DNA of 64,000 nucleotides from Octopus vulgaris. Taxonomy: Eukaryota. Where the stretch lies: positions 150,722,001 through 150,786,000 of the forward strand of contig OX597816.1 of the NCBI GenBank assembly GCA_951406725.2. Reading direction: 5' to 3'. Of the stretch, positions 1 through 13,111 are shown piece after piece. The translations under genes were made by a program, and so were the position numbers. A model generated the notes under the pieces. The model saw only the letters and a program-made list of their open reading frames with translations, had not been told where the DNA came from and searched no databases. The number at the start of each line of letters is the position of its first letter. Position 1 is the first letter of the stretch.

Positions 1-362
1 ATACTGTGTAGTCGACAAAATCAAAAACAAGCAATGTGCATGCACGAAATTAAAAATATAAAATGGTGACAATTTACACATTGCACCCTGTAAATATATG
101 TGTATGTGAGTTTGTCTGTCCTCCCACCACTTGACAACGGGTGTTTACATCCTCGTAACTTAGTAGATCGGCAAAAGAGACTGATAGTAAAGGTGTCAGA
201 CTTTCAAAAATAAGTACTGGGGCCACTTCATTTGAATAAACCCTTCAAAGTGGTGCCTCAACGTGGCCACAATCCAATGACTGAAACAAGGTAAATAGAA
301 TTATATAACATCATTTGTTCATATTGAAAAGCAAACAAGGAAAGAAAGGAAATTTGAATTAC

Positions 363-449
363 CTGCCAGTCTTACCAAAGAATCCAGTAGCATGACATTC
401 ATCAATAAACACAATAGCATTGTATTTGTCAGCTAAGTCACAGATGTCT
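363..449 (-). CDS. GCAT: GCAT coding exon 6 (gene continues beyond the left edge of the window)
   Basis: Translates [29 protein letters not shown], the PLP-binding D-x-x-H region of alpha-oxoamine synthases. Acceptor ttttcAG at 451-450, donor GTaa at 362-361. Phase 2/2 matches the upstream exon. Confidence 0.95.
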
Positions 450-613
450 CTGAAAAGAAGAAAAATTAAGAAGTTTAGTTTCAAATGTTCAGAAGTTACC
501 AAGGTGGGAAAAATACCTTGAAAGTTACAAAGGATTAGGAATGATGATAGCAACTTATTTTATACTGTTTTAAGTTGAATGAAAAATGAAAAGATAATTG
601 TTTATATAATATA

Positions 614-830
614 TGATGAGGTGCTGAAAAGTTACTGGCTTTGGTTAAAAGAAAACACAGGAGGATAAGTTAATTATGATTTTATTCAACATATCCCCCT
701 CTTAGGTTCCCACACTTATTGCAGCAGGCTTTCAGTTATTCTAAGCCCTGTAAAAGAACTAGGAAGGTTGGGCCTCCAGCCAGGCCTTTCACAATACTCT
801 TAAAGCCAGGAACTTTTCAGCACCTCCTCG
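614..830. mobile_element. Mariner-type MITE (217 bp)
   Basis: ~29 bp TIRs (tgatgaggtgctgaaaagttactggcttt versus the reverse complement cgaggaggtgctgaaaagttcctggcttt), flanked by TA. Confidence 0.8.
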
Positions 831-1105
831 TACTTAATGGTTGAGAGTGGCATTTGGCTGGATTACTATAAAAAGAGAACATGACTGGTAAAAACTAGTA
901 AATCTGCAAAAAACCAATTTACTCATGGAAAATCCAAAATGGCTATAAAAGAGAGTGTAACTTAATATATAAAAACAGTGAAGCCAGGTCAACATGAAAA
1001 GAAAATATAACTATTTTGAATTATTTGCTGAGGGTAACAAACAAGGTCATTACAATTATCATAATTTTAACATCCGTTTATCCATATTGGCATGGGTAGG
1101 ACATA

Positions 1106-2397
1106 CGAGGGGCGTTCAATAAGTAATGTCTCTGACCCACTTGCAGTTGTTTGATCTAGCTGAAATTTTGCATGTGCAATTATTCATATCTCCATAGATG
1201 AAGTGGTAAATTACAGCTCTGAACTAATTGTGGTTTCTGATTTACAGGTGTTTGAACTGAGTCAAGTGTGAAATGGAGCCTGTTGAGTGTCGGGCAGTGA
1301 TCCGCTTTTTATATTTGAAAGGACGCACACCACGGGAGACTTTTGATGAAATGAAAGTAACTTATGGTGATGATGCCCCATCATATGACCTTGTAAAACG
1401 CTGGCATTGTGAATTCAAACATGGTCGGAACTCTGTGGAAACAGCTCCCAGATCTGGTCGCCCCCTACTGCTATTGATGAGGCATCTGTCCATCAAGTTC
1501 AGGCTGCCATTTTGGAAGATCGATGCATAACTATTCGCCAAATAGCCCATGAGGTCAAGATTAGTACTGGGTCTGTGGAAACCAATCATTCATGACCATT
1601 TGCGTATGCAAAAGGTGTCTGCCATATGGATTCCCAGGTTGCTCACACCTTTCCGGAAGCAAGAACGCGTCGAGTGCTCGAGGACGAATTTGGAGATGTG
1701 CCAAGAAGATGAGTCAAAATTTTTCAAAAGACTGATTACACAGGATGAAACCTGGGTCCATCACTATGATCCAGAGACAAAAGCCCAGTCAATGCAGTGG
1801 AAGCACCGTGACTCACCTCCTCCAAAGAAGACAAGGGTGCAGCCCTCAGCTAGCAAGGTCATGCTCACAGTCTTCTGGGACCAGGATGGAGTAGTGATGA
1901 CAGATTTCCTGGCAAAGGGTACCACAATTACAGGAGCCTATTATGCTTCACTTTTGATGAAATTAAGAGAAGCTATCAAAATCAAGAGGCGGGGCAAGAT
2001 CAGCAAAGGCATCCTCCTCCTGCAGGACAACGCTCCGGTCCACAACTCGATGGTCGCCAGATCAGAAGCATAGGCGTGCGGCTATGAACTCCTCCCCCAT
2101 GCCCCTACTCTCTTGACCTTGCACCCTCGGATTTTCACCTCTTCCCAGCCATGAAGTTGTTTTTGAAAGGAAAGCGTTTCCCAGATGATGCAGCCTTGAT
2201 TTCTGAAGTCACGTCGTGGTTGGAGGACCAAGCTGGGGTCTTCTACAAAAACGGTCTCCAGAGCTGCATCAAACAATGGGAGAAATGCGTAACTCTGGGT
2301 GGTTTCTAGGTAGAAAAAGACTAATAACTGTGCCAAGTTTCGTTGCTCTACTGCTATGGGAAGTGGGTCAGGGGCATTACTTATTGAACGCCCCTCG
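1106..2397 (+). mobile_element. Full-length mariner (DD34D) transposon with decayed transposase
   Basis: ~37 bp TIRs CGAGGGGCGTTCAATAAGTAATG, TA target duplication at 1104-1105 and 2398-2399. Transposase from ATG 1273 with WIPRLL, TQDETW, LQDNAPVH and PYSLDLAPSDFHLF motifs, broken by frameshifts and a TAG at 2071. Confidence 0.95.
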
Positions 2398-3157
2398 TAT
2401 CTACTATATTGTCATGCATCTAGATCTTTTGCCAGCTTAGATGTGAGGCCTAGCATCTTAAGATTTGAGCTCATCAGTTCTTTCCATGTCTCTGTCACTG
2501 GTTCTGTCAATCGTCAGTATGTAGTACTTTATCATCTTACACTCATTGCCAATATCAGTGCAATCATGTTTTCTACATTCCTCGGCTGATGCCCTTAATG
2601 CCCAGCTATTTACTTCACTCCTTTACACTCCACTTATTAAATTTAACATCAAATACCCAACAGATAATACCAGGTTAATTTCTTTCTAACCTGTATTCAA
2701 TATACTTATTCCACTACTATCCAATTCTAATATGTTTCTTAACCATTTATATATAGAAAAAGGAAATCTTTGTTGATAACAAAGTTAATAACTGACTAAA
2801 TTTCTACCATTCCTACTTATTCTGGTTACTATATATTCAGTGTACTCCAAATGCTAATTACATCATGTAGATAATAAACTACCTGAACAGTTCATCGACT
2901 TCATTTCATAGATGCCCCTACGGACAACTATATATATCTAGCACATTTGAAATCCTTGTTCTCTGTCAATCTGCCAGAGATTTCCACTCCATCTTTTATA
3001 TAACCATTTTCCTACTGAATACACAATGCTGAGATCATACTGGCACTTGAACAAAATACCAATACCAAAATGTCAAATAATATAAATTTTTCTTTCTATT
3101 TATACAAGATCATCATCATCGCCATCATCATTTAATAGCCACTTTTCAACATATGCA

Positions 3158-3202
<45 letters not shown>

Positions 3203-3294
3203 GGAGATGTGAGAATTGTTCTGAGTGCTAAGCTTCAATTGCAACTTTTGCTGATGTTATCCAAACATTCCTTCCTCATAGCCATTGTCATCCT

Positions 3295-3467
3295 TTCTAC
3301 TATAGGCACAAGGCCTGAAATTTGTGCAGAGGGGATAAGTTGATTTCATCCGAAAGGATGAAAGGCAAAGTTGACTTCGGCAGAATTCGAACTCAGAACA
3401 TAGTGGCAAACGAAATACCACCACTCATTTCACCCAACATGCTAATGATTCTGCCAGCTCATTGCCT
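3295..3467 (-). mobile_element. SINE, family B (other copies ~8712-8940 +, 16425-16842 -, 59475-59680 -)
   Basis: The shared sequence ttctactataggcacaaggcc...gaaaggatgaaaggcaaagtcgac...ggaatttgaactcagaac...ctgccagctc recurs at several loci. Confidence 0.7.
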
Positions 3468-4486
3468 TTGACATCCACCACATCTGAACCATATTTGTGC
3501 TTTAAAAGCAATCGAATATATAAAGCAACATGTCTTGCAATCAAATTAAGTGACATTTGCAATTATATGAGTGAATTATCTTCAAGTATATGTGATACAA
3601 TGCTGCATAAAGATTAATTAGTGCACAGTTTATGCTGAATAATATGACAAAGTAATGCTCTAAAGACAAGAAGTGATATATATTTGTAATGGAGAAAATG
3701 AGGGTGTTTGTGTTTATTCAATAGTGAAAAACTTAATGTTAGCAATGAAAATGAGGGCTAATGATGGAATGTTTCTGTGCTTTGGGTTACTAATTTTCAG
3801 TGTATGATTCCAAATTTAACATAAATAGATTACTATTTCACTCCAGAAAATGCTTTGTTGATAGCAAAGTTAATAACTGACTAAATTTCTACCATTCCTA
3901 CATATTCTGGTTACTATATATTGGAAGGTTTAGCATTAGTTCCACTGTAAGATATGTGCAATGAATAGAATGAATCCCTGGATTTTGTAGATGAAGAATT
4001 GGATACAGTGCAATGCAAGATTTTTTTTTTTTTGAATACTGAAAGAACATGACTTTGCAATATTAAAGTGCAGTGGTTTAAGGTGCATACTCTTTAAAAT
4101 CAGACTATAAAATGAATCAACCAAATCTCTGGAAGGATGGCACAAAGCTTTCTGTAGGAGAGTTTTGACACCCCATGTGACCATGCTTAAACTAATCAAT
4201 AAAATTCAGCTACCACAAGCAAACACTGAATTAATTCTAAAACAAATATCTCTTGGGATTAATGCAACATGATTAATATATGAATGTTAATGATTGTATT
4301 AAAAAGGTACTTGCAATTTAAAATTTGACCAGCCTTTTGTTTTTCTTAAAGACAATGGCTAAAAATTTAGTTTTGTTTTAATAAATTGTTTTAATTTCCA
4401 AATGATTTATTTTTGATAACCATTATGAAATTTATAAGAAAAAAATTGATTAGATTTAAAAGTAAAAAAAGTATTTGAATGAAATA

Positions 4487-5940
4487 TCTCTCTATATAAA
4501 ATTCTTTGTCTCTCTGTCTCCTATGCATTCTCAAACAGCTCGACCAAAAAAACAAAATTTTACAAGGTAAATAGTATTAGACCCCCATGAGTGTCAACAT
4601 GTAATTTTTGTTTTTATTTGGATTAAAACAATATTACATTTTATCTAAAATAATCTTTCTATAGTCAACTATAGTAAAGGATATTTTATACTACCACCAC
4701 CACAATGACATTACATTTTGTATATGAGTGTGTATGTGTCTGTGAGTGTGTTTGTGTATTCGTTATGTGTTACGCCTCAGAGAATTAAACACACACACAC
4801 ATCTACACATACATGTGTATATGAGTATGTGTCTGTTTATGCATTCGTTACGTATGTTAGGCCTCAGAGAATTAAACACACACACACATCTACACATACA
4901 TATACATGAGATGACTGACAAGTATATGTGTGTGAGTGTATGTGTGATAATTTTTATTTTCATTTGGATTAAAACAATATAACACTTCATCTACACACAT
5001 CTACACATACACATACATATGTAATGACTGACAAGTATATAATGAATATTGTTTACCCTGAGGTGTGCGTCAATGTATGTCTGTCTTAGTATATGTATGT
5101 GAGTGTATGTGCATGTATGTGAGTGTGAGTGTGTGAGTGATTGTCAATTACACTGATGTAAACTGGCTATGTGAAAGAGCTATACTGGCTCCAGCAAATG
5201 AAATGGTTGATAAACTCAATCATGAACTTCTTTAAAAGTTAACAGATACATCAGAAATGACTTCAATCAATTCAAACAGTCGATCAAGATCAGGTTGTTA
5301 AATACCGTTGAATTTCTGAACACACTTAAACCCATGGGATGCCACTACATAACTTGACAATAAAGTTGGGTGCTCTCATTATGTTGCTAAGGAATTTTGA
5401 CCCACCTTGCCTGTGTAATGGAACTTAATTGTTACTTCCATGAAGCCCCATGTCATAGAGGCAACAATCATAACAGGTAATCACAAAAGAGAAAATGCTC
5501 TTATTCCAAAAATTCCTCTCATACCCACAGATGTTCCATTTCAATTTAAGAGGTTTCAGTTTCCAGTCAAACTAAGTTTTGGTATTTCAATTAACAAATC
5601 TCAGGGTCAATCCCTCAAAGTAGTTGGGCTTCATTTCTTTACTACATGCTTCTCCTATGGCCAACTCTATGTTGGTTGCTCACAAGTTGGAAGCAGCAAC
5701 AATTTATTCATTTGGACACCAACAAAAAATTACACAATGAATATTGTTTACCCTGAGGTGCTTCAAGATTGACAGCTTTTCAGTTCTAAATTCTATTATC
5801 ATTACAATTTGGATATTTTTTAATAAAATATAAATATTTTGAAATGATTATGAGAAAAAAAAAATATATCTTCATATTTATTGTTTACTAATCTGAAGAA
5901 GAACAGCAGCAACCCAGACAACACTGGGTCATTCAGCTTG
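4487..5940 (+). mobile_element. Non-autonomous Helitron with PIF1-helicase C-terminal remnant
   Basis: 5' A|TC start followed by tctctatataaa. PIF1 motifs LCERAILAP, LCNGT and FPVKLSFGISINKSQGQSL at ~5165-5772. 3' hairpin acccag-acaaca-ctgggt, then CTTG|T (degenerate CTAG). Confidence 0.85.
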
Positions 5941-5960
5941 TCTTCCACAAAATTACTCAC

Positions 5961-6057
5961 ATTAGTGGAGCTACATTGCCATCCATACTGAAAGCACCAT
6001 CTGTAACAATGAGGCGTTGTCGAGCACCAGATGTTTCTTGAAGTTTTTTCTCCAAAT
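5961..6057 (-). CDS. GCAT: GCAT coding exon 5
   Basis: (D)[31 protein letters not shown] contains the conserved TDGxFSMDG motif. AG at 6059-6058, GTgagt at 5960; 97 nt, phase 1/2. Confidence 0.96.
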
Positions 6058-6093
6058 CTAACAAAGAGAAAGATTCCATAAGCTGCTCTTTTA

Positions 6094-6157
6094 GTGAATA
6101 ATTTATGTGAATAATTTATGTGAATAATTTATGTGAATAATTTATGTGAATAATTTA
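6094..6157. repeat. 13-bp minisatellite (gtgaataatttat) x5
   Basis: Read directly from the sequence. Confidence 0.9.
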
Positions 6158-6275
6158 ACAATAACAATAACAGCCAAAGCAACAATAAGCTTAAGTTTTA
6201 GTCACTTTAAATGGAAGAGGAATAAATCTTCATGATGACATTAAAATGTTAATGTCATCATGACACACACACATA

Positions 6276-6576
6276 CATGGAGGGGTACTCAAAAGTAACC
6301 AGAAATGTTCTCAGTGGGACAAGCCCGTTGTTGTTCAGGTTTCCACCACTAGAAGCCACTTCATGTAACCCTCAGGCATCAGTCTGCCAACCAGTGGCAT
6401 CAAGTGAAGTTATACTGCAATGTGTATTTTGCAGTGCTTCTCATCTGTTTGTTGATTTTTGTGATGGTTGAAATGAAGGAACATGCTTCCATGAAATTCT
6501 GGACAACATTAAAAGTGTAAAACTAAGTGAATAAAATAATATTGCAAAATTCTGGTTTCTTTTGGGTACCCCCTCA
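6276..6576. mobile_element. Mariner-type MITE
   Basis: Imperfect TIRs ggaggggtactcaaaagtaaccagaa / ttctggtttcttttgggtaccccctca, flanked by TA. Confidence 0.65.
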
Positions 6577-7820
6577 TATATATATAATACATCAAAGAAA
6601 TAACTAACATCTGGAGAAAAGCTTCTCTTATCAAAACTCTATGACAACCACTGCTTTACAGTTGTGTCATCATCATCATCATCATCAAACATTTGTTTTC
6701 TATGCTGGCATAGGATGGACAGGTTGACAAGAGCCAGCAAGCCAGAGGACTATGTCAAGCTCTAGTTTACTTTGGCAAGGCTTCTATGGCTGGATGCACT
6801 TCCTAATGCCAACCACTTTACAGAGTATACTGGGTACTTTTTTCTTTCCATAGGACCAGCATATAGCAGGGTCACCAAGTAACTTACATGGCAAAGTTCC
6901 CTCCACCTCGACTGGGAGGTGAGTTTAGTATTAAATGAAGTAACTTTGTACCACTTGATTTCGGTTAGAAAGACTAACAGAGGATAGAGATGTCTTACTG
7001 TAGAAGAGATACAAGGATACTCTATGTCATGTCGAATAGTAATGATGGTGATGGATGTGGTGGTGGTAGTGGTGGCAGCAGTGTCCTACCTAATGAAGGT
7101 GATAGCAGTGTCACAATTTTTATCTAGTCTATCTGCCAGGAATAACAGAATGTAAGTAATTTCAAATACCCAACTCAAAAATGAACCTGTATGAAGATAC
7201 ATTTCATTAAAAATGCATGCCTTAGGGATTTTTAAAACAAAGTTTTACTCATTAATATATATATATATAATTAGCAGACTTTTAGTTATAAAATACTATG
7301 GCTATGAAAAATACGGTGTCATATGAATTATGTACCTTATGAAAAATTACATTCTATGTCTTGATATAATTGTATGTATCTTTGCAATTAATGTTTTATG
7401 GAAATATGTGAGTGGATCTACTTAGTTAATACCACGGCCTTGGTGTCGTTTTGGGGGGGGCTTGATGTCTGCATGCATGTATGTGCAATCGGTTGGGTTT
7501 CTCTGTTTTTCCATGTGTATAGTTACGATTATACCTCTTATATTATTTATTTATTTATTTATGATTTGGCTGTGTATGTAGCTATGTATGTGTGTATGTG
7601 TGTGTGTATATATATAATTATGTATGTATGTGTGCTGGATCTGTGGATGTGCGTGTGCGTATGTGCGTTTCTTGACTAACTAACCGTAAAATTTCCATTG
7701 TGATTCAAATTTAAAACTATAAGCCAATCAAATCTATCTAGGAAAATCAATATCAAGCGGACAGTTGAATTAGACTTATTGATATGTAGATGTCCGCTTG
7801 CTTTACATGGTACAATCATG

Positions 7821-7853
<33 letters not shown>

Positions 7854-8164
7854 ATTAATTTTTATTGACTTTTTGTATGGTTATACATTTTAATGAACTG
7901 GATTGTTTTTATATATATATATATGTCTGCTTTAAATTTAAATGTGAGTGTACATGTATTTCTTTGATGTTAGTTATGGAACTAGGAGTCCAATATGGAA
8001 AATAACTGTGTTTGTTAATGTATACTGATATATTTTGTTTATATTGTATTATTGTATTAATGTGTATATATATATATGTGTAGAATTATGAGTGTCTATG
8101 CACACATTTTTATATTTTATATTTTTATATTTATATGTAAATTTTTTTCACACTTATATTAAAT

Positions 8165-8275
8165 TCTCTGAAGAGGCCGTGAGACTTCCTTGTTAATGTC
8201 TCATTTATACCTGCTTTATACGGCTAATAGGTTAAATGAGACATACTTGTCTTCACGGCCGAAACAACTGTCAGA
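8165..8275 (+). ncRNA. Type I hammerhead ribozyme motif (Penelope/retrozyme-like), intact core
   Basis: tct-CTGAAGA-ggccgtga...tcacggcc-GAAA-caactg-TC-aga. Predicted cleavage after 8272. Confidence 0.8.
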
Positions 8276-8468
8276 TATGATGTAATTGTATTTTATATTT
8301 CTATTTCTATGTCTAGTTATATTTGCAATATTTTATGTATAATGTTATTGCTGTTATGTAATGGTGTAATAAAGTATTGATTGGGTATTATCTGATGGTT
8401 GATTGATTTAAGTATGTTTCTCCATTTTCTCATTTTGTATATATATATAAGAAATAGATGTTTTTCAC

Positions 8469-8688
8469 CTTCCATATTCTTGTGAAGATAACGGTGGCGC
8501 TGAGCTTTACACAGTCGAATTCCATCAATAATGGATGCATGGTTGAGTTCATCAGAAATAACAGCATCTTCAGGACTAAGTAGAACTTCAAAAATACCAG
8601 CATTTGCATCAAAACAGCTAGCATAGAGAATAGCATCCTCTCTTCCATGAAATGAAGCCAATTTCTCTTCAAGTTCTCGATGAATATT
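8469..8688 (-). CDS. GCAT: GCAT coding exon 4
   Basis: [62 protein letters not shown]..., including the [12 protein letters not shown] motif. Canonical AG/GT boundaries; 220 nt, phase 0/1. Confidence 0.97.
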
Positions 8689-9554
8689 CTGCATAAACAG
8701 AAATTTACTAATATTATTGTTATTAAGGCAATGAGCTGACAGAATTGTTTGCATGCTGGACAAAATGCTTAGTGGTAATTCATCCATCTTTATGTTCTGA
8801 GTTCAAATTCCACTGAGGTCAACTGTGCCTTTAGTCCTTTTGGAGGTCAATGAAATAAGTACCAGTCAAGTACTGGGGTAGATGTAACCAACTAGCTCCT
8901 TCCCCAAAATTTCAGGCCTTGTGCCTATAGTAGTAAGGATTATTATTATTATTATTATTATTATTATAGGTGACAAGCTGGTAGAATTGTTAGAGCATCA
9001 GAAAAAACGCCTTGTGCTATTTTCCCAGCTGTTTACATTCTGAATTCAAATTTTATCAAGGGTTGATAACAGGAAGTACCAGTCAAGTATTAAACCCACC
9101 ACCACCTACCCACATCCCCACAAAACTGCTGGTCTTGTATCTAAATTAGAAACCACTATTGTTGTTGTTATCACTATTATTTCCATTATTTAAAAACTGC
9201 TACAACAACATCAGTAACATGAACAGAAACAACAACAAAACACAGGCAAAATCCCCAAATACAGATCTCTGAAAGGGAACAAGGAGCTGAAACTTGCACA
9301 AACAAAGACTAAAACATATGCAACATGTAAAGCTTTGATGTATTCAATCTTAAATACACCAAAAGAGCGTATTTAGGTGAGGACCACATCAGAAGTCCAG
9401 TGCATTTTGATAGACTGCTTCTTACATGACACAGAAGATTAAAAAAATCCCAACATGGTTTTATAGGGGCCATTTAATGATCCCCCAAAAGATTAACTCT
9501 AAAGTAAGTGATCCTGCCCCCAATATCTTAAATGCTAAGAATGGTTGAACATAC

Positions 9555-9644
9555 CTGTGTTCCACATATGAAGCGTACTGAGCTTAGCCCAGCACCATGA
9601 GTATCTAAAGCTTTTTTGCTAGCTTCTATGACTTCTGGATGTGC
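9555..9644 (-). CDS. GCAT: GCAT coding exon 3
   Basis: AHPEVIEASKKALDTHGAGLSSVRFICGTQ, with the KBL/GCAT-specific SVRFICGT motif. ttttAG and GTat boundaries; 90 nt. Confidence 0.97.
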
Positions 9645-10191
9645 CTAAAAGAGAAAACAAATTAATAAAATTTCAGATATAAAAATCAATAGAAGCATAA
9701 AGAAGTCTAAATAGCATGAGTATTGTTTTACACAACCAAATAAAAAGATTCAGGGTTTTTTCAGAAGTTAACACACAGTACAAAGGTAGGTGATAGTGGC
9801 CAGTGGTGGTGGTGCTGCTGCTGATAGTGGTGCAACAAGAATAAATGTGATTGTGTCACTGGCATCTTTGACATCACAAACCTTGTCAAGTTCTTTCTTG
9901 AGAAGCACACTAGTCATAATCATCATTAAGTTCGTTTTACTATGCCAGCATGGGTTGGATAGATTTAAAACAGCAAGTTATGTCTTAGCACATTTATCTT
10001 AAGTGCACTACTAATATATTTTTACTTTATTGTCCTCTATTTCACATTTTCTGCAACGAACATAGCCATAAAACTTTTTTCTTCATATTTGGATTGTTTT
10101 AATAGTGGATGTGTATATGTGAGTGCACATATCACCTCAACGAGATTTTCTTAAATGTTCCTTTTCTCATAAATAAAATCGGATCTTTACC

Positions 10192-10779
10192 TTTTGACCT
10201 ACAGATTTAAAAAATATTTTTTTGTAACTAAACACTTTCAAACTTCGGACACTGGTAGAATGTGTCATATAAAATATCTTTTACTCTTAGCATTTTTGAG
10301 AAAAACTTATATTTACAAAGTTACTTCATGCCAAAGTTCTCGTATTTTGGTAATTTCAACCAATCAATGACATGTATTCAGCTGAATAAAATTACTACTG
10401 TTGTTTGTCAACAAGAATTTCCGGTGGTGTATATTTCGTTTGTCATTGTTATTTATGACAACCTTAACCCTAACCCTAAAACCTTAAAACCAGTACAAAT
10501 GCACGAACGATGTCATAAATAACAGTGACAAACGAAAAATACCTCGCCGATAGTTGTTGTTGACAAACAACGGCAATAATTTTATTCAGCTGAATACATG
10601 TCATTGGTTGGTTGAAATTACTGAAATACGAGAACTTTGATGTGAAATAACTTCATAAATATAAGTTTTTCTCAAAAATGCTAAGAGTTGAAGATATTTT
10701 ATATGACACATTCTACTAGTGTCTGAAGTTTGAAAGTGTTTAGTTACAAAAAATTATTTTTAAAATCTGTATGTCAAAA
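10192..10779. mobile_element. Foldback MITE (~270 bp arms) with telomere-like repeats in the loop
   Basis: 10192-10459 is the reverse complement of ~10511-10779 at high identity. The loop contains ccttaaccctaaccctaaaaccttaaaacc. Confidence 0.85.
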
Positions 10780-10852
10780 AGAAGAAAAAAGGGTGGGGAG
10801 AAATAAATCAATACATACACAGCAGCTTTTAAAATTTAGGGAATTTACTTAC

Positions 10853-11064
10853 TGATAAGCCTAAATAGTTGTTGGCACAAAAGTTGAGGATTGAGCTAGT
10901 TTGACCTTCCACACCGATTTGAGCACCTTGTTTGGAGACAATAATTCTTTCATTTTTCCAAGTTCCAGCGTTTTTTATTTCTGACAGAGATTCTTCTAAA
11001 ATTTTCTTGGTAGAAGCTAAACTGACTGAATTAGCTCGAGGTTGCAGCTGGTATAATGGTGGTG
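10853..11064 (-). CDS. GCAT: GCAT coding exon 2
   Basis: ...LSEIKNAGTWKNERIIVSKQGAQIGVEGQTSSILNFCANNYLGLS, with the NFCANNYLGL motif. ttccAG and GTaagt boundaries; 212 nt, phase 1/0. Confidence 0.96.
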
Positions 11065-12043
11065 CTGGAAAGACAGAAATTATGTATAAAAAACATCACT
11101 ACCAAACATTTTAACTTCCTTTTCTCTTGACTAACACCATTTAGCTTGATCAGATTTTTGTTGCTTGTATAAAAACAGTTAATAAAATGCCAGCATGGGC
11201 TTATAGTAAAGTACAGTTTTATTTTATAAAATAATATCCATATATTTAAATGACCATATACGTGTTCTTTTAATAGATTCAGTTACTGAACTGCAAACAT
11301 GTTGAGGTACCACCTTCACGGATTCAACTCCAGTATTTATTTCAGTTTGGCCTTTATTTTATGAATATCTACTTGCCAAACCACTAAGTTATGAGATATA
11401 AAAGACCACAACATAAATACAACACTGGTGTCAACATAAGCACAAACATGCATGACAGGCTTCAAGACAGTTTCCAACAGTCAAATTCCATTCACAAGGT
11501 AGTAGTCAACTCAAGACAACAGTAGAAGACACTTGTCCAATGTACCATACAATGAGATTGAACCCAGAACTACTTGGTTGAGAAAGAAATGTTTTAACTA
11601 CATGGTTAAATAACTGTACATAAAATGTGAACTTTATATACCAAGAAATGCATTCTCACTGTAAAAAGAATTCAGAACAATTTCAAGCAACACCATCTAG
11701 ATAAGAGCTACATGCCATTGTTAGTGTTCCCCAACCTTTTATGCTCAACACCAAACTAAAAACATCTGGATACTTATTACATCCCACACCACACTATTAC
11801 TGACTTTTATACCCTTATATAATACAAGTCGTGGCTATATTATAAAATTATATTTTAAATTAATCAATTGCACATTTCTCCGCTTCATGGATCTTAACAT
11901 CCCCTTAGGGATGCAGGGAGAATTTAAATTTTATTTTCATTATTTTCAATAGAGTAGAGTTCATCTTTTCTCAAATAACTAACTCACTGGTAGTGTGTAT
12001 CGATGCCTACTATTGAGATACATGAGCTGTCAGGACTATTGTA

Positions 12044-13111
12044 CAGGGTGAGGCAAAAGTCATGCACCATAGGAGTTAATTAATTAATAATATTTTAAAT
12101 GTCTAATTTGTTCTAATATTTTCTTATTTGCAGAAATAATTTTGAAATAAGATAGGTGAAAAACTAATGAAGGACGAACAAGTCACCTTAGTGTTCATGT
12201 ATGGGAAAGCAAGTGCTACTCACACAGATCTGTTGCAGAAGAATTCAACAGGCAGAATCTACACCGTCTCCAATTGATAAGTCAACTGTTGGACATCTAA
12301 TTAATCATTTTAAAGAAACAGGTAGTGCCACTGATTGCCCTCGAAATGACAGACCGAAAAGTGCAACTGATCCAACATCAATGGTGGTTGTTTTAAAAAC
12401 AGCCAAAAGCAGAATCAACAACAAAGTTAAGTCAAGAGACAGGCAATAGCCAAAAGTCAGTTTTATGTATTCTCCACAGACATTACTTCCATCCTCATAA
12501 AGTTCATCTGGTGCAGGAATTGCATGGGGGTCGACCTCAATTGCTGAAAAGAGTTTTGCGAGTGGTATTTGCAAAACAGCAATCATTCATATACTTCAAT
12601 GATGAGGCAATGTTTTATCTAAGTGGACATGTCAAGAGACATAATTGTCGCTACTGGTCTGATAATAACCCTAGATGGATGCAAGATAACCATGTGCAAA
12701 ACGATCCTGGTATGGTCTGGAATATGGGAAGGTCAGTTAATCGGTCCTTGCTTCTTTGAATATCATGGGTGAAACATACCTTCACATGCTATTGACATTT
12801 TTACTATATTGCATCTATAATATTCCATTAGAAGAAAGATTGAACAGGTTCTTTCAACAATGATGGAACACCACCACATTTTGCTTTGATTGTGCATGAC
12901 TTTCTAAATGAACAGTTCCCTAACAAATAGATAGGTTGAAGAGGTCCTGTTGAGTGGCCACTGAGGTCAGACTTCACACCCTTGGATTTTTATCTGTGGG
13001 ACAATTTGAAGGTGGGCATATGACAATTAAATAACTAGCAAATAAAATTTTTATGCATAATTATATTTTTAATAAATTATCCATATGGTGTGCAACTTAT
13101 ACCTCACCCTG
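12044..13111 (+). mobile_element. Decayed Tc1/mariner-superfamily element (maT/DD37D-like)
   Basis: TIRs cagggtgagg.a.aagt..gcac.cat flanked by TA. Transposase remnants FNDEAMFYLSGHVKRHNCRYW, FQQ-DGTPPHF and WPLRSDFTPLDFYLW. Confidence 0.85.

Noticed and set aside
1273-2330. SETMAR-like domesticated gene
   Set aside because: Bounded by TIRs and TA TSDs, with frameshifts and a stop codon and no SET domain; a decayed mariner.
10461-10490. Telomerase RNA template or interstitial telomere
   Set aside because: Only two perfect units, in the loop of a MITE, with no pseudoknot or H/ACA context.
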